Shown here: positions 54,627-62,414 of the stretch, piece by piece
Position numbering within the stretch: the first letter of the stretch is position 1
Layout: the number at the start of each line of letters is the position of its first letter
Assembly: GCA_017991915.1 (NCBI GenBank)
Contig: JAGOPQ010000001.1
Span: 1 to 62,414 of the forward strand
DNA: 62,414 nt
From: Minisyncoccota bacterium
GTDB lineage: Bacteria; Patescibacteriota; Minisyncoccia; Phycocordibacterales; UBA9973
Reading direction: 5' to 3'
Made by a program: the position numbers and the translations under genes
Notes under the pieces: model-generated
Seen by the model: the letters and a program-made list of their open reading frames with translations, nothing else
What the model was told of the DNA's origin: nothing
The model's database searches: none

Positions 54627-56900
54627 ATGAAAAATAAAAACAAGTACAAAGCATTACAAAAAATACAAAAAAGAGATGGACAGATAGTTCCATTTGATGA
54701 GAAACATATTTTTCGTGCTATTTGGAAAGCGATGGATATAAGCAAAGAAGGTGGAGAAGCAGAAGCAGATTTAGTCATGTATAAAGTCCTAGATGCTCTT
54801 CTTGTTTTGAAGAAAGAAAAAAATGAAAAAGTTTTTGTTCCGACGGTTGAGAAGATTCAAGATGTTGTGGAAAATGAACTAATTGCTTCAAATTTTATTC
54901 AAACTGGGAAGGCTTACATTCTTTATCGCAAGAATCGCGCTCAAGTTCGCGAACAAGTTGGTTTTATTCCAGAAAAAGTCAAAGAACTTGTAACTGAAAG
55001 TAAAAAATATTTCCGAAATCCTTTAGCTGAACTTGTTTACTATCGTACTTACGCAAAATGGATTCCAGAAGAGGGTAGAAGAGAGACATGGATTGAGACC
55101 ATTGACCGTTATGTGGATTTTATGAGAGAAAATCTTGGTTCGAAGCTTACAGCTACTGAGTATAATGAAATTCGTGAGGCTATTTTAAACCAAGAAGTCA
55201 TGCCATCCATGCGCTTACTTCAGTTTGCAGGAAAGGCAGCTCGTAAGACGAATATTTGTGCCTACAACTGTTCTTTTATTGCCCCAAAGTCATTCCAAGA
55301 TTTTGGAGAAATAATGTACATCTCAATGTGCGGTACTGGTGTGGGTTGGTCAGTGGAGAGTGAAAATATTCAAGCATTACCACAAATTAAAAAACAAAAT
55401 GGAAAGATTTTACCTACCCATGTAGTTGCAGACAGTAAAGAAGGTTGGGCTGATGCTTTTATATTAGGATTAAAAACTTGGTTTGAGGGTAATGACATTA
55501 GTTTTGATTACTCGTTGGTTCGCCCGGCAGGTTCAATTTTGAAAACAATGGGAGGTAAAAGTTCTGGACCGGACCCTTTGCGATCTCTTATTGATTTTTC
55601 ACGTGAAAGAATATTGCGCAGACAGGGGCGCCATCTTACAAACCTAGACGCACACGACATAATTTGTAAAATAGGTGAGTGTGTTGTAGCAGGGGGAGTA
55701 CGCCGAAGTGCCATGATATCTCTTTCTGATTTGGATGATGAAAATATTCGTGATTCCAAGAAGGGACAATTCTACAATACCGAAGCTCAGAGAATGCTCG
55801 CTAATAATTCTGCTGTTTATAATATGAAACCATCAACTTCAGAATTTCTTGAAGAATGGACCGCTTTAATGAAAAGTGGAAGTGGGGAGAGAGGAATATT
55901 CAACAGAGGTGGTTTGGCAAAAACATTACCAAAACGCAGACTAAAACAATTTTCCAATGGAGAATTTCCAGCTTGGGGTACAAATCCATGTGGAGAAATC
56001 ATACTCCAGTCAAAACAATTTTGTAATTTGAGTGAAGTTGTGGCTCGGGCAGATGATACAGAAGAAAGTTTGCTTAGAAAAATTCGTATAGCTACAATTT
56101 TAGGAACTTATCAATCTTCTCTTACTTATTTCCCTTATCTTTCCAAAGAATGGAAAAAGAATTGTGAAAAAGAAAGATTGCTTGGTGTCTCTATTACTGG
56201 ACAATGGGATTCAAAAGTTGCTCGTGATCCTGCCGTTTTAAGAAAATTACGAGATGCTTCTATTGAAGCAAACAAGAAGTATTCTAAAAGATTTTTAGTG
56301 GCAGCATCTACGTGTATTACATGTGTTAAGCCTTCAGGAAATGCTTCTCAAACAGTAGATTGCTCTTCTGGTATGCACGCAAGACATGCACCATATTACA
56401 TCCGCAGAGTGCGAATTTCAGCTTCAGACGCGCTATTCAAAATGCTTAAAGATCAAGGAGTTCCTTATTATCCTGAAGTTGGTCAAACATTAGAAGATGC
56501 CACAACCTTTGTACTAGAATTCCCAGTCAAGGCGCCAGAAGGAGCTATATTTAAAAATGACTTATCTGCACTTGATCAACTTGAGCATTGGAAGGTTGTT
56601 AAAGAAAATTATACTGAACACAATCCTTCTGTAACAATTTCTATCGGTGATGATGAGTGGTTGCATGTGGCAAATTGGATTTATGAAAATTGGGAATTGG
56701 TTGGAGGTCTTTCATTCTTGCCAAGAAGTAATCACGTGTATCAACTTGCTCCCTACGAAGAAATAAAAAAAGATAGATACGAAGAAATGTTGAAAAAAGT
56801 TAAAGATTTAGATTTCTCTAAGATTGTTACATATGAAAAAGTTGACGAAACAGAAACCAAGAAAGAATTGGCTTGCGTGGCTGGTATTTGTGAAGTCTAA
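54627..56900 (+). CDS. nrdJ: Adenosylcobalamin-dependent (class II) ribonucleotide reductase with N-terminal ATP-cone
   Basis: ATP-cone (KRDGQIVPFDEKHI), catalytic NPCGEI motif, C-terminal Cys pair; 757 aa. Confidence 0.9.
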   Translation: MKNKNKYKALQKIQKRDGQIVPFDEKHIFRAIWKAMDISKEGGEAEADLVMYKVLDALLVLKKEKNEKVFVPTVEKIQDVVENELIASNFIQTGKAYILYRKNRAQVREQVGFIPEKVKELVTESKKYFRNPLAELVYYRTYAKWIPEEGRRETWIETIDRYVDFMRENLGSKLTATEYNEIREAILNQEVMPSMRLLQFAGKAARKTNICAYNCSFIAPKSFQDFGEIMYISMCGTGVGWSVESENIQALPQIKKQNGKILPTHVVADSKEGWADAFILGLKTWFEGNDISFDYSLVRPAGSILKTMGGKSSGPDPLRSLIDFSRERILRRQGRHLTNLDAHDIICKIGECVVAGGVRRSAMISLSDLDDENIRDSKKGQFYNTEAQRMLANNSAVYNMKPSTSEFLEEWTALMKSGSGERGIFNRGGLAKTLPKRRLKQFSNGEFPAWGTNPCGEIILQSKQFCNLSEVVARADDTEESLLRKIRIATILGTYQSSLTYFPYLSKEWKKNCEKERLLGVSITGQWDSKVARDPAVLRKLRDASIEANKKYSKRFLVAASTCITCVKPSGNASQTVDCSSGMHARHAPYYIRRVRISASDALFKMLKDQGVPYYPEVGQTLEDATTFVLEFPVKAPEGAIFKNDLSALDQLEHWKVVKENYTEHNPSVTISIGDDEWLHVANWIYENWELVGGLSFLPRSNHVYQLAPYEEIKKDRYEEMLKKVKDLDFSKIVTYEKVDETETKKELACVAGICEV

Positions 56901-56911
56901 ACTTTAAAGTT

Positions 56912-57469
56912 ATGTTGTATACAAGAAAAGGGGATGGTGGCACAACTAAAACATTTGGTGGTACTGGGAGAGTATCTAAAAGCTCCAGCATAGCTGAAGC
57001 TCTGGGTTCGCTCGACGAAATAAATTCATTCTTGGGTTTGGTGAAGATTAAATCTACCAACGTTTCTTTCGAGTTACCATCCGGACCGATTTCTGCTCCG
57101 ACCACAATCGACAGAATCCAACAAGATCTTTTTATCGTACAAGCAGAAGTGGCTGGGGCTCCCAAAACTATTACGGAAGAAAAAATAAAATGGTTGGAAG
57201 AAATCATAGATGGTATTGAGAAAACCCTTCCACCCATCACTACTTTCTTTGTATCGGGTGGGGTAGAATTGGCCACACTGTCTGATATAGCTCGCACCAT
57301 AGCACGCAGGGCAGAGCGAAGGGTGGTAGCTGTAGTAGACGAGGGCAATGTGAAGGTTGGGCCTTATACTTTGTCTTACCTAAATCGCTTGTCCAGTATT
57401 CTGTATGCTTTTGCTAGAAGTTTCAACCACTTGGCAAACGTACAGGAAGAGGCGCCAAAATATAACTAG
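56912..57469 (+). CDS. PduO-type ATP:cob(I)alamin adenosyltransferase
   Basis: MLYTRKGDGGTT start, EINSFLG, RRAERR motifs. Confidence 0.88.
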   Translation: MLYTRKGDGGTTKTFGGTGRVSKSSSIAEALGSLDEINSFLGLVKIKSTNVSFELPSGPISAPTTIDRIQQDLFIVQAEVAGAPKTITEEKIKWLEEIIDGIEKTLPPITTFFVSGGVELATLSDIARTIARRAERRVVAVVDEGNVKVGPYTLSYLNRLSSILYAFARSFNHLANVQEEAPKYN

Positions 57470-57529
57470 ATGGGGTAGTTTGCAAATTTTATAAATGGGT
57501 ATATCATATAAAAGTGCTTAACAATTAAA

Positions 57530-57690
57530 TAATTCATATTTGGGGAAGCGAGGTGAAAATCCTCCACAGTGCCGCTACGGTAATCCTTTAAAAAGGAAAG
57601 TCCGATTACCAATTATGAATGAAGTCCCGAGCAGGAATAGAGTAAACGCACGTGCGCACTCCATTATCCCCTCGGAAGGGGATTTTTTAT
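57530..57690 (+). promoter_or_regulatory. Cobalamin (AdoCbl) riboswitch with terminator expression platform
   Basis: GGGGAAGCGAGGTGAAAATCCTCCACAGTGCCGCTACGGTAA core, B12-box-like GAAAGTCCGATTACC, and terminator ATCCCC-TCGGAA-GGGGAT plus T6 at 57665-57690. Confidence 0.75.
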
Positions 57691-57697
57691 TTTCACT

Positions 57698-58135
57698 ATG
57701 TCTAAAAAACAATACACAATTATTTTTAGTTTAATTTTGATTGGTCTACTAGTATTTTTCTTTTTTTCCAAAAAGCATGAACAAGCTGTGGTCATGGAAG
57801 AAGTAGTTACTGAAACCAAACAAATTGAAACCATTGTCCCAATTCCAAAAATTAAAGACTTTTTTACCCTCAAAGCAGGGGGTGTGATCCTTCAAGCAGA
57901 ATACAAGGGAGAGCAAACCCTTTATGACGCCCTAACCATGGCGATGGAAAAAGGTGATATTAAATTTTCTGGAAAAATTTACCCCAGTCTTGGTTTTTTT
58001 GTTACGGATATTGGTGAGTTGCATGCCGGTGATGGAAAAAATTTACTTTACTACGTGAATGGCAAAGAAGCAGAAGTCGGAGTTTCTGAATATATTATTA
58101 AAAATAAAGATGTAATTTTATGGAAATTAGAATAA
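57698..58135 (+). CDS. DUF4430-domain (transcobalamin beta-domain-like) membrane-anchored protein
   Basis: N-terminal TM helix; ...LGFFVTDIGE...LLYYVNGKEAEVGVSEYIIKNKDVILW typical of DUF4430. Confidence 0.75.
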   Translation: MSKKQYTIIFSLILIGLLVFFFFSKKHEQAVVMEEVVTETKQIETIVPIPKIKDFFTLKAGGVILQAEYKGEQTLYDALTMAMEKGDIKFSGKIYPSLGFFVTDIGELHAGDGKNLLYYVNGKEAEVGVSEYIIKNKDVILWKLE

Positions 58136-60036
58136 GAAATGTAATCAATAAGGCGCTTATTATTTTTATCTTCGCTGTTTTCTTATCCTCCTCCCAAGTT
58201 GTTTTTGCCGGAGATGTTAACCTAACTATCAGAGATGGTGACAATGTTGTTTTTACTGGAGTGGTGCCCCTGCCTGAGGCTGGTACTTTAGACATAGAAG
58301 ACAGTAATGCCATTACTCATACCATAAATTCAAATAGTGTTTTGTCAGTTATTCATGGTGCGGATGTATTGGATGAGTCATGGAATATTTCCAACCTAGC
58401 TTTTTTTGACTCGTTCGGATCTTTTTATGTTAAGTGTCTTAATTCATCTTCTGGAGAAAAATGTGACAACTGGCAATATGTTGTTGATGATAATTCTACT
58501 TTATCTAGTGTGGATCAGTACATCCTCACTGGTGGTGAGACAGTGTATTTTTATTTTGGTAATCCCCATCAGGTTGTATTGAGCACAGACAACTTGGAAG
58601 TAAATCAAAATTTACTAGCCACTGCTCAAAAATATGATTACATTAATAATGTTTGGGTACCACTTACCGAAGTAACTATAGGAGTAACCACTCCCAATCC
58701 GGACGATGTTTTTAGTCCAATAGAGGTGGACACAGCACTAGTAAGTGATGTTGGTGAAGCTAATTTTTTAATGACCAACGCTGGTGAATATGACATAGGA
58801 ATAAAAGATGATTTTTATTTTCCTATGTATCATGTGGTAGTGTCGCCTGCTCCTGTAAGTGGCGGTGGAAGTGGTGGGGGTGGTGGGGGAAGCACCAACA
58901 ACAATTCAAATAATGCACTCGCTTTTGATGTTGGTAAAGCTTTTGCATATCTAGATAGCGTAAAAAATACAGATGGCTCATTTGGTGCTGGAGATCTCTA
59001 CACTGACTGGGCAGTGGTGGCGTACAGCGCAGGAGACTTTCCAGGCAATTCTCGTGACCAATTTATTTCTTATTTTAATTCCAACGTTAAAAATCATTCT
59101 CTGTTAACTGACAATGAAAGATACGCACTCACGTTGCTTGCTTTGGATGAAAACCCCTATTCATTTAACGGAATAAACTATATTGATTTAATTTTAAATG
59201 AGTTTGATGGTACTCAGTTTGGAGATGCGGACTTAGTGAATGATGATATTTTTGCTCTATTTCCTTTATATGGCTCTGGCCATAGAGACGAAGACGAGTT
59301 AATTAAAAAAGACATTGCGTTTATTATCTCAAAACAAAACCAGAACGGATCTTGGGAGGGTAGTGTGGATCTAACAGCGGCCGCTATACAAGCCTTAGAA
59401 CCTTTTGATTCTTTAGATGGTGTATCTCAATCTTTAAACATTGCTGGGGACTATATTGCTAGTAAACAGAACGGAGATGGAGGCTGGGGAAATATCTCCT
59501 CTACTGCTTGGGCAGTACAGGCTATGAATGTGCTCGGATTAAATTGGAAAATTGGCGACAACACTCCCGCAAAATACTTTTATACAAAACAAGAAGCTGA
59601 TGGCGGAGTTCTAGCTCAAAGCGAAACTAAACAAAATCGTATTTGGTCAACTAGTTATGTCATCCCAGCAGTACTGGGCAAATCTTGGTATGAGATAATC
59701 CACCCCGTCTCTAAACCCAAGGAATCAAAAAGTAATAAGGAAGTTAAAACAGAAGAACTACCCGTTGTAGCAGAAATACCTAAACAAGAGATAGCACCAC
59801 AAGCCATAAAAGATGTCGTGGTTAATAAAGTAGTTGAACCTAAGTCAAAAATTACTCCAAAAACTTTGGCTGTAAAGACTACACCAGTCGTGGAATCCGT
59901 CCCAAAGGAGGAAGAAGCACCTGTTTTGGTGGCAACACCCGTTCAAAGTAAGAGTCAGATACCTGTGAAATATATTGCTATATTGTTTGTGGCTTTAGCT
60001 GGATTTTTTTCTCTTAGATTTTTTAAATTTATTTAA
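58120..60036 (+). CDS. Surface protein: signal peptide, DUF4430-like domain, Gly-rich linker, prenyltransferase/terpene-cyclase-like alpha/alpha toroid repeats, C-terminal TM anchor
   Basis: FFDSFGSFYV...WQYVVDD...ETVYFYFG (DUF4430-like); repeated Q/N-x-DGSW/DGGW motifs; SGGGSGGGGGGS linker; terminal hydrophobic helix. Confidence 0.7.
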   Translation: MEIRIRNVINKALIIFIFAVFLSSSQVVFAGDVNLTIRDGDNVVFTGVVPLPEAGTLDIEDSNAITHTINSNSVLSVIHGADVLDESWNISNLAFFDSFGSFYVKCLNSSSGEKCDNWQYVVDDNSTLSSVDQYILTGGETVYFYFGNPHQVVLSTDNLEVNQNLLATAQKYDYINNVWVPLTEVTIGVTTPNPDDVFSPIEVDTALVSDVGEANFLMTNAGEYDIGIKDDFYFPMYHVVVSPAPVSGGGSGGGGGGSTNNNSNNALAFDVGKAFAYLDSVKNTDGSFGAGDLYTDWAVVAYSAGDFPGNSRDQFISYFNSNVKNHSLLTDNERYALTLLALDENPYSFNGINYIDLILNEFDGTQFGDADLVNDDIFALFPLYGSGHRDEDELIKKDIAFIISKQNQNGSWEGSVDLTAAAIQALEPFDSLDGVSQSLNIAGDYIASKQNGDGGWGNISSTAWAVQAMNVLGLNWKIGDNTPAKYFYTKQEADGGVLAQSETKQNRIWSTSYVIPAVLGKSWYEIIHPVSKPKESKSNKEVKTEELPVVAEIPKQEIAPQAIKDVVVNKVVEPKSKITPKTLAVKTTPVVESVPKEEEAPVLVATPVQSKSQIPVKYIAILFVALAGFFSLRFFKFI

Positions 60037-62238
60037 TTACTCAAAGTGAAATTCCCCAGCTTTTTCTTTGACCTTAATTTTAAGTAGGGGATACTTTATT
60101 AATTCCGGATCCATATCTATCAAGCGAGTGGCTTCTAGTCTAGCGGCTTCTACCATTTTAATATTCTTGATGGCCTCCATGCCCAAGTCGGTGATGCCCC
60201 ATTGTTTAGTGCCACCGAGTTCACCAGCACCGCGTAGAGATAAGTCTAGCTCAGCCAGTTCAAAACCATTCTTGGCGGTTTTCAGAGCCTTCAGTCTCTC
60301 GAGAGTTTTAGTGCTTTTGGCTTCCGCAAACACATAACAGTAGGCTTGGTGGGTGCTACGAATGACACGCCCCCTTAGTTGGTGGAGTTGAGCCAGTCCA
60401 AAGCGTTCTGCGCCCTCTAGGATGATGACTGTGGCGTTTGGAACATTGACTCCAACTTCCACCACCGAAGTCGCACAGAGAATTTGGATTTTACCCGCCT
60501 TGAAATCTTGCATCACTTCTTCTTTTTTATCTTTACTCATTTTGGAATGCAAAACGCCTATTTCATATTCTTTGAAAACTTCTTTCTTGAGACGTTTAGC
60601 CTCTTCCACTGCGGACTTCACATTTAAAGCTAATTCTTTTTCTGGATCAGGTTCAAAAATTCTCGGGCAAATAACGTACAGCTGTCTGCCGGCTTCCAAT
60701 TCTTTTCGGATTTGTTCATACGTAGCGTTTCTTTTATCTGGAGTAATTATTTCAGTGATTATTTGTTTGCGACCAGCAGGCATTTCATCAAGTAGTGATA
60801 AATCTAGGTCGCCGTATATTGTCAGAGCTAGGGTGCGGGGGATGGGTGTGGCCGTCATGGATAATAAGTGTGGAGCGATGTTGTCTTTACGGACAAGTTT
60901 ACGACGTTGCTCGGTACCAAAGCGGTGTTGCTCGTCTATGACCACCAGAGAAAGATTTTTAAACTTCACTGTTTTTTGAATCAAGGCATGGGTGCCGATT
61001 AGAATTGGAATCTCTCCATTAGCTACCCATTTTAAAAGTTGAGCTCGAGAAATATCTGTCCAGCCTGCCCCGTTTGCGGGGCCGATGGTTTTTCTTGGGA
61101 ATTTTCGGCAACCAGAACCAGTAATCAGCCCTATGTTTATTGGTAGATGTTTAAAATAAGTTATGAAAGATTCAAAGTGTTGAGTGGCTAGAATCTCTGT
61201 CGGCGCCATATAGGCAACTTGTAGACCCGCCCGAATGAACGAATTCATTCGTTCGGGCGGGTTGCCGATATTTTTCATTTGATTCACTACTACATAAGCA
61301 GCTGTAGCTGCTACCGCTGTCTTACCACTTCCGACATCACCCTCGAGTAGGCGCGACATCGGATAACTTTTCCCCATATCTTCTAGGATGGTGTTGATAG
61401 ATTTGGTTTGAGATTTGGTCGGCTCAAACGGGAAACGCTTTAAAAATTCAGCTACATCCTTTTCAGGAGTTAGGATTTTGAAAGATTTATTTTTCTTGTA
61501 TTCATGTTTGTCGTGTTGGCGCTCGAGCTGGATACAAAAAACTTCTTCAAAGGCGAATCGCTTTCGGGCTGACTCGGCATCTTTGGCATTTTTCGGTTTA
61601 TGAATCCAGACAAGTGAGGTTTTTAAAGTTGGCAAACTGTATTTTTTCAGAATGTCCTCGGGGATATAATCTTCCATGTGATCTAAAGTTTTCTCTCTCA
61701 ATATTTTTTCAATGGCGTGATAAAACCACTTGGAAGTGATTCCTCTGGTCTCTGCATAGACAGGGAATGAGAATCCCGAGTTTTCTATATCTTTTTCTTT
61801 GAAGAGTGTATCGTGTGAATCGATCGGCATATTGGCCATTTTTTCTACTTCGGGGTTGGCTATATATATTCCATTTTTACCTTGAGTCACTCGGCCGGTC
61901 ATTTTTACGTTTTCACCCTCGTGAATCATTTTCGCCAAGTAGGCTTGGTTGAACCAAGTTATTTTTATCACTCCAGAAAGATCTTCAATTTGACCTTCCG
62001 CCATAGGAATTTTTGAACGAAAACCTTTCTTGGTTTTTAGCTTGGAAACTTTTCCATAAATTGTGGCAGTCTCACCAGCGACTAACTCTACAATTTTTTT
62101 GACCGTGCTGATGTCGCTGTAGCGGACAGGGAAGTGGAAGAGTAAATCATGCACCGAAAAGAGCCCCAGCTTCTTGAGTGCTCGTTTTTGATTCACGTCT
62201 AGGCGGAATTTATCTTCCAATTTATCGTGTAGTTCCAC
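60037..62238 (-). CDS. recG: ATP-dependent DNA helicase RecG
   Basis: OB wedge domain, GDVGSGKT, DEQHRFG, TATPIPRT and QLHQLRGRV motifs; 733 aa. Confidence 0.95.
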   Translation of the reverse strand: MELHDKLEDKFRLDVNQKRALKKLGLFSVHDLLFHFPVRYSDISTVKKIVELVAGETATIYGKVSKLKTKKGFRSKIPMAEGQIEDLSGVIKITWFNQAYLAKMIHEGENVKMTGRVTQGKNGIYIANPEVEKMANMPIDSHDTLFKEKDIENSGFSFPVYAETRGITSKWFYHAIEKILREKTLDHMEDYIPEDILKKYSLPTLKTSLVWIHKPKNAKDAESARKRFAFEEVFCIQLERQHDKHEYKKNKSFKILTPEKDVAEFLKRFPFEPTKSQTKSINTILEDMGKSYPMSRLLEGDVGSGKTAVAATAAYVVVNQMKNIGNPPERMNSFIRAGLQVAYMAPTEILATQHFESFITYFKHLPINIGLITGSGCRKFPRKTIGPANGAGWTDISRAQLLKWVANGEIPILIGTHALIQKTVKFKNLSLVVIDEQHRFGTEQRRKLVRKDNIAPHLLSMTATPIPRTLALTIYGDLDLSLLDEMPAGRKQIITEIITPDKRNATYEQIRKELEAGRQLYVICPRIFEPDPEKELALNVKSAVEEAKRLKKEVFKEYEIGVLHSKMSKDKKEEVMQDFKAGKIQILCATSVVEVGVNVPNATVIILEGAERFGLAQLHQLRGRVIRSTHQAYCYVFAEAKSTKTLERLKALKTAKNGFELAELDLSLRGAGELGGTKQWGITDLGMEAIKNIKMVEAARLEATRLIDMDPELIKYPLLKIKVKEKAGEFHFE
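61226..61261. repeat. 36-bp GC-rich near-perfect palindrome inserted in frame in recG
   Basis: CCCGCCCGAATGAACGAATTCATTCGTTCGGGCGGG, equal to 12 codons (PPERMNSFIRAG). Confidence 0.8.
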
Positions 62239-62275
62239 GATAGGATTATATAACTAAATGTAATATAATGCAGTC

Positions 62276-62414
62276 ATGAATAATATATTAAATTCACAGG
62301 TTTTCTTCTTTATTTCTTCAATTGGCTTCATCATTCTGTGGGGATTGATGGCTGTTTTCCTTTTTTACGTTATAAAATCAGCGTATTCTTTTTCCAGAAT
62401 TATGGACAAGATAG
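62276..62414 (+). CDS. 5' part of a hypothetical membrane protein running off the right edge
   Basis: ATG 62276 lies 6 nt from TATAAT (62264-62269). The visible sequence is hydrophobic (MNNILNSQVFFFISSIGFIILWGLMAVFLFY...) and the frame is open to the window end. Confidence 0.4.
   Translation, partial: MNNILNSQVFFFISSIGFIILWGLMAVFLFYVIKSAYSFSRIMDKI

Noticed and set aside
57540-57734. 64-aa ORF overlapping the leader of the DUF4430 gene
   Set aside because: The region matches the cobalamin riboswitch core and its terminator, so the ORF is incidental.

Overview
This is an AT-rich bacterial chromosome segment. Gene content and order look like a Candidate Phyla Radiation / Patescibacteria (Parcubacteria-like) genome. 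The backbone is housekeeping. It includes nusA; secE-nusG-rplK; and a dTMP cluster (dCMP deaminase, MazG-like, folA, thyA). It also carries an almost complete str-S10-spc ribosomal superoperon: rpsL-rpsG-fusA-tuf-rpsJ...rplO-secY-adk-map, with no L30 gene between rpsE and rplO. Further genes are the nucleotide kinases (cmk-like, adk, pyrH-like, ndk), infC-rpmI-rplT, smpB plus tmRNA, ftsH, recG and three tRNAs (Leu-GAG, His-GUG, Ile-UAU). A cobalamin locus is also present: membrane protein, nrdJ, PduO-type adenosyltransferase, B12 riboswitch, then DUF4430 and transcobalamin-like surface proteins. No rRNA, CRISPR array, integrase or transposase was seen. The most unusual signals are as follows. 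(1) Small, strongly GC-rich gene cassettes that carry Shine-Dalgarno sites sit inside otherwise contiguous, universally conserved operon junctions: fusA|tuf, rplB|rpsS, and a third fragment downstream of nusA at the left edge. Host-style terminators and promoters bracket them. (2) A 274-bp GIY-YIG nuclease cassette has perfect 12-bp terminal inverted repeats and a 6-bp direct duplication at the start codon of the neighbouring protease gene. (3) GC-rich palindromes are inserted in frame in recG. (4) There are two families of repeated, apparently structured intergenic elements. One lies downstream of two tRNAs and shows compensatory base changes between its copies. The other is a heptad-periodic hairpin immediately 5' of nusA and rplB. 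(5) Host genes essentially lack Shine-Dalgarno sequences, and many first genes have an extended -10 box 6-7 nt from the ATG, which suggests leaderless mRNAs. All functional calls come from reading the translations and sequence by eye; no database search was run.
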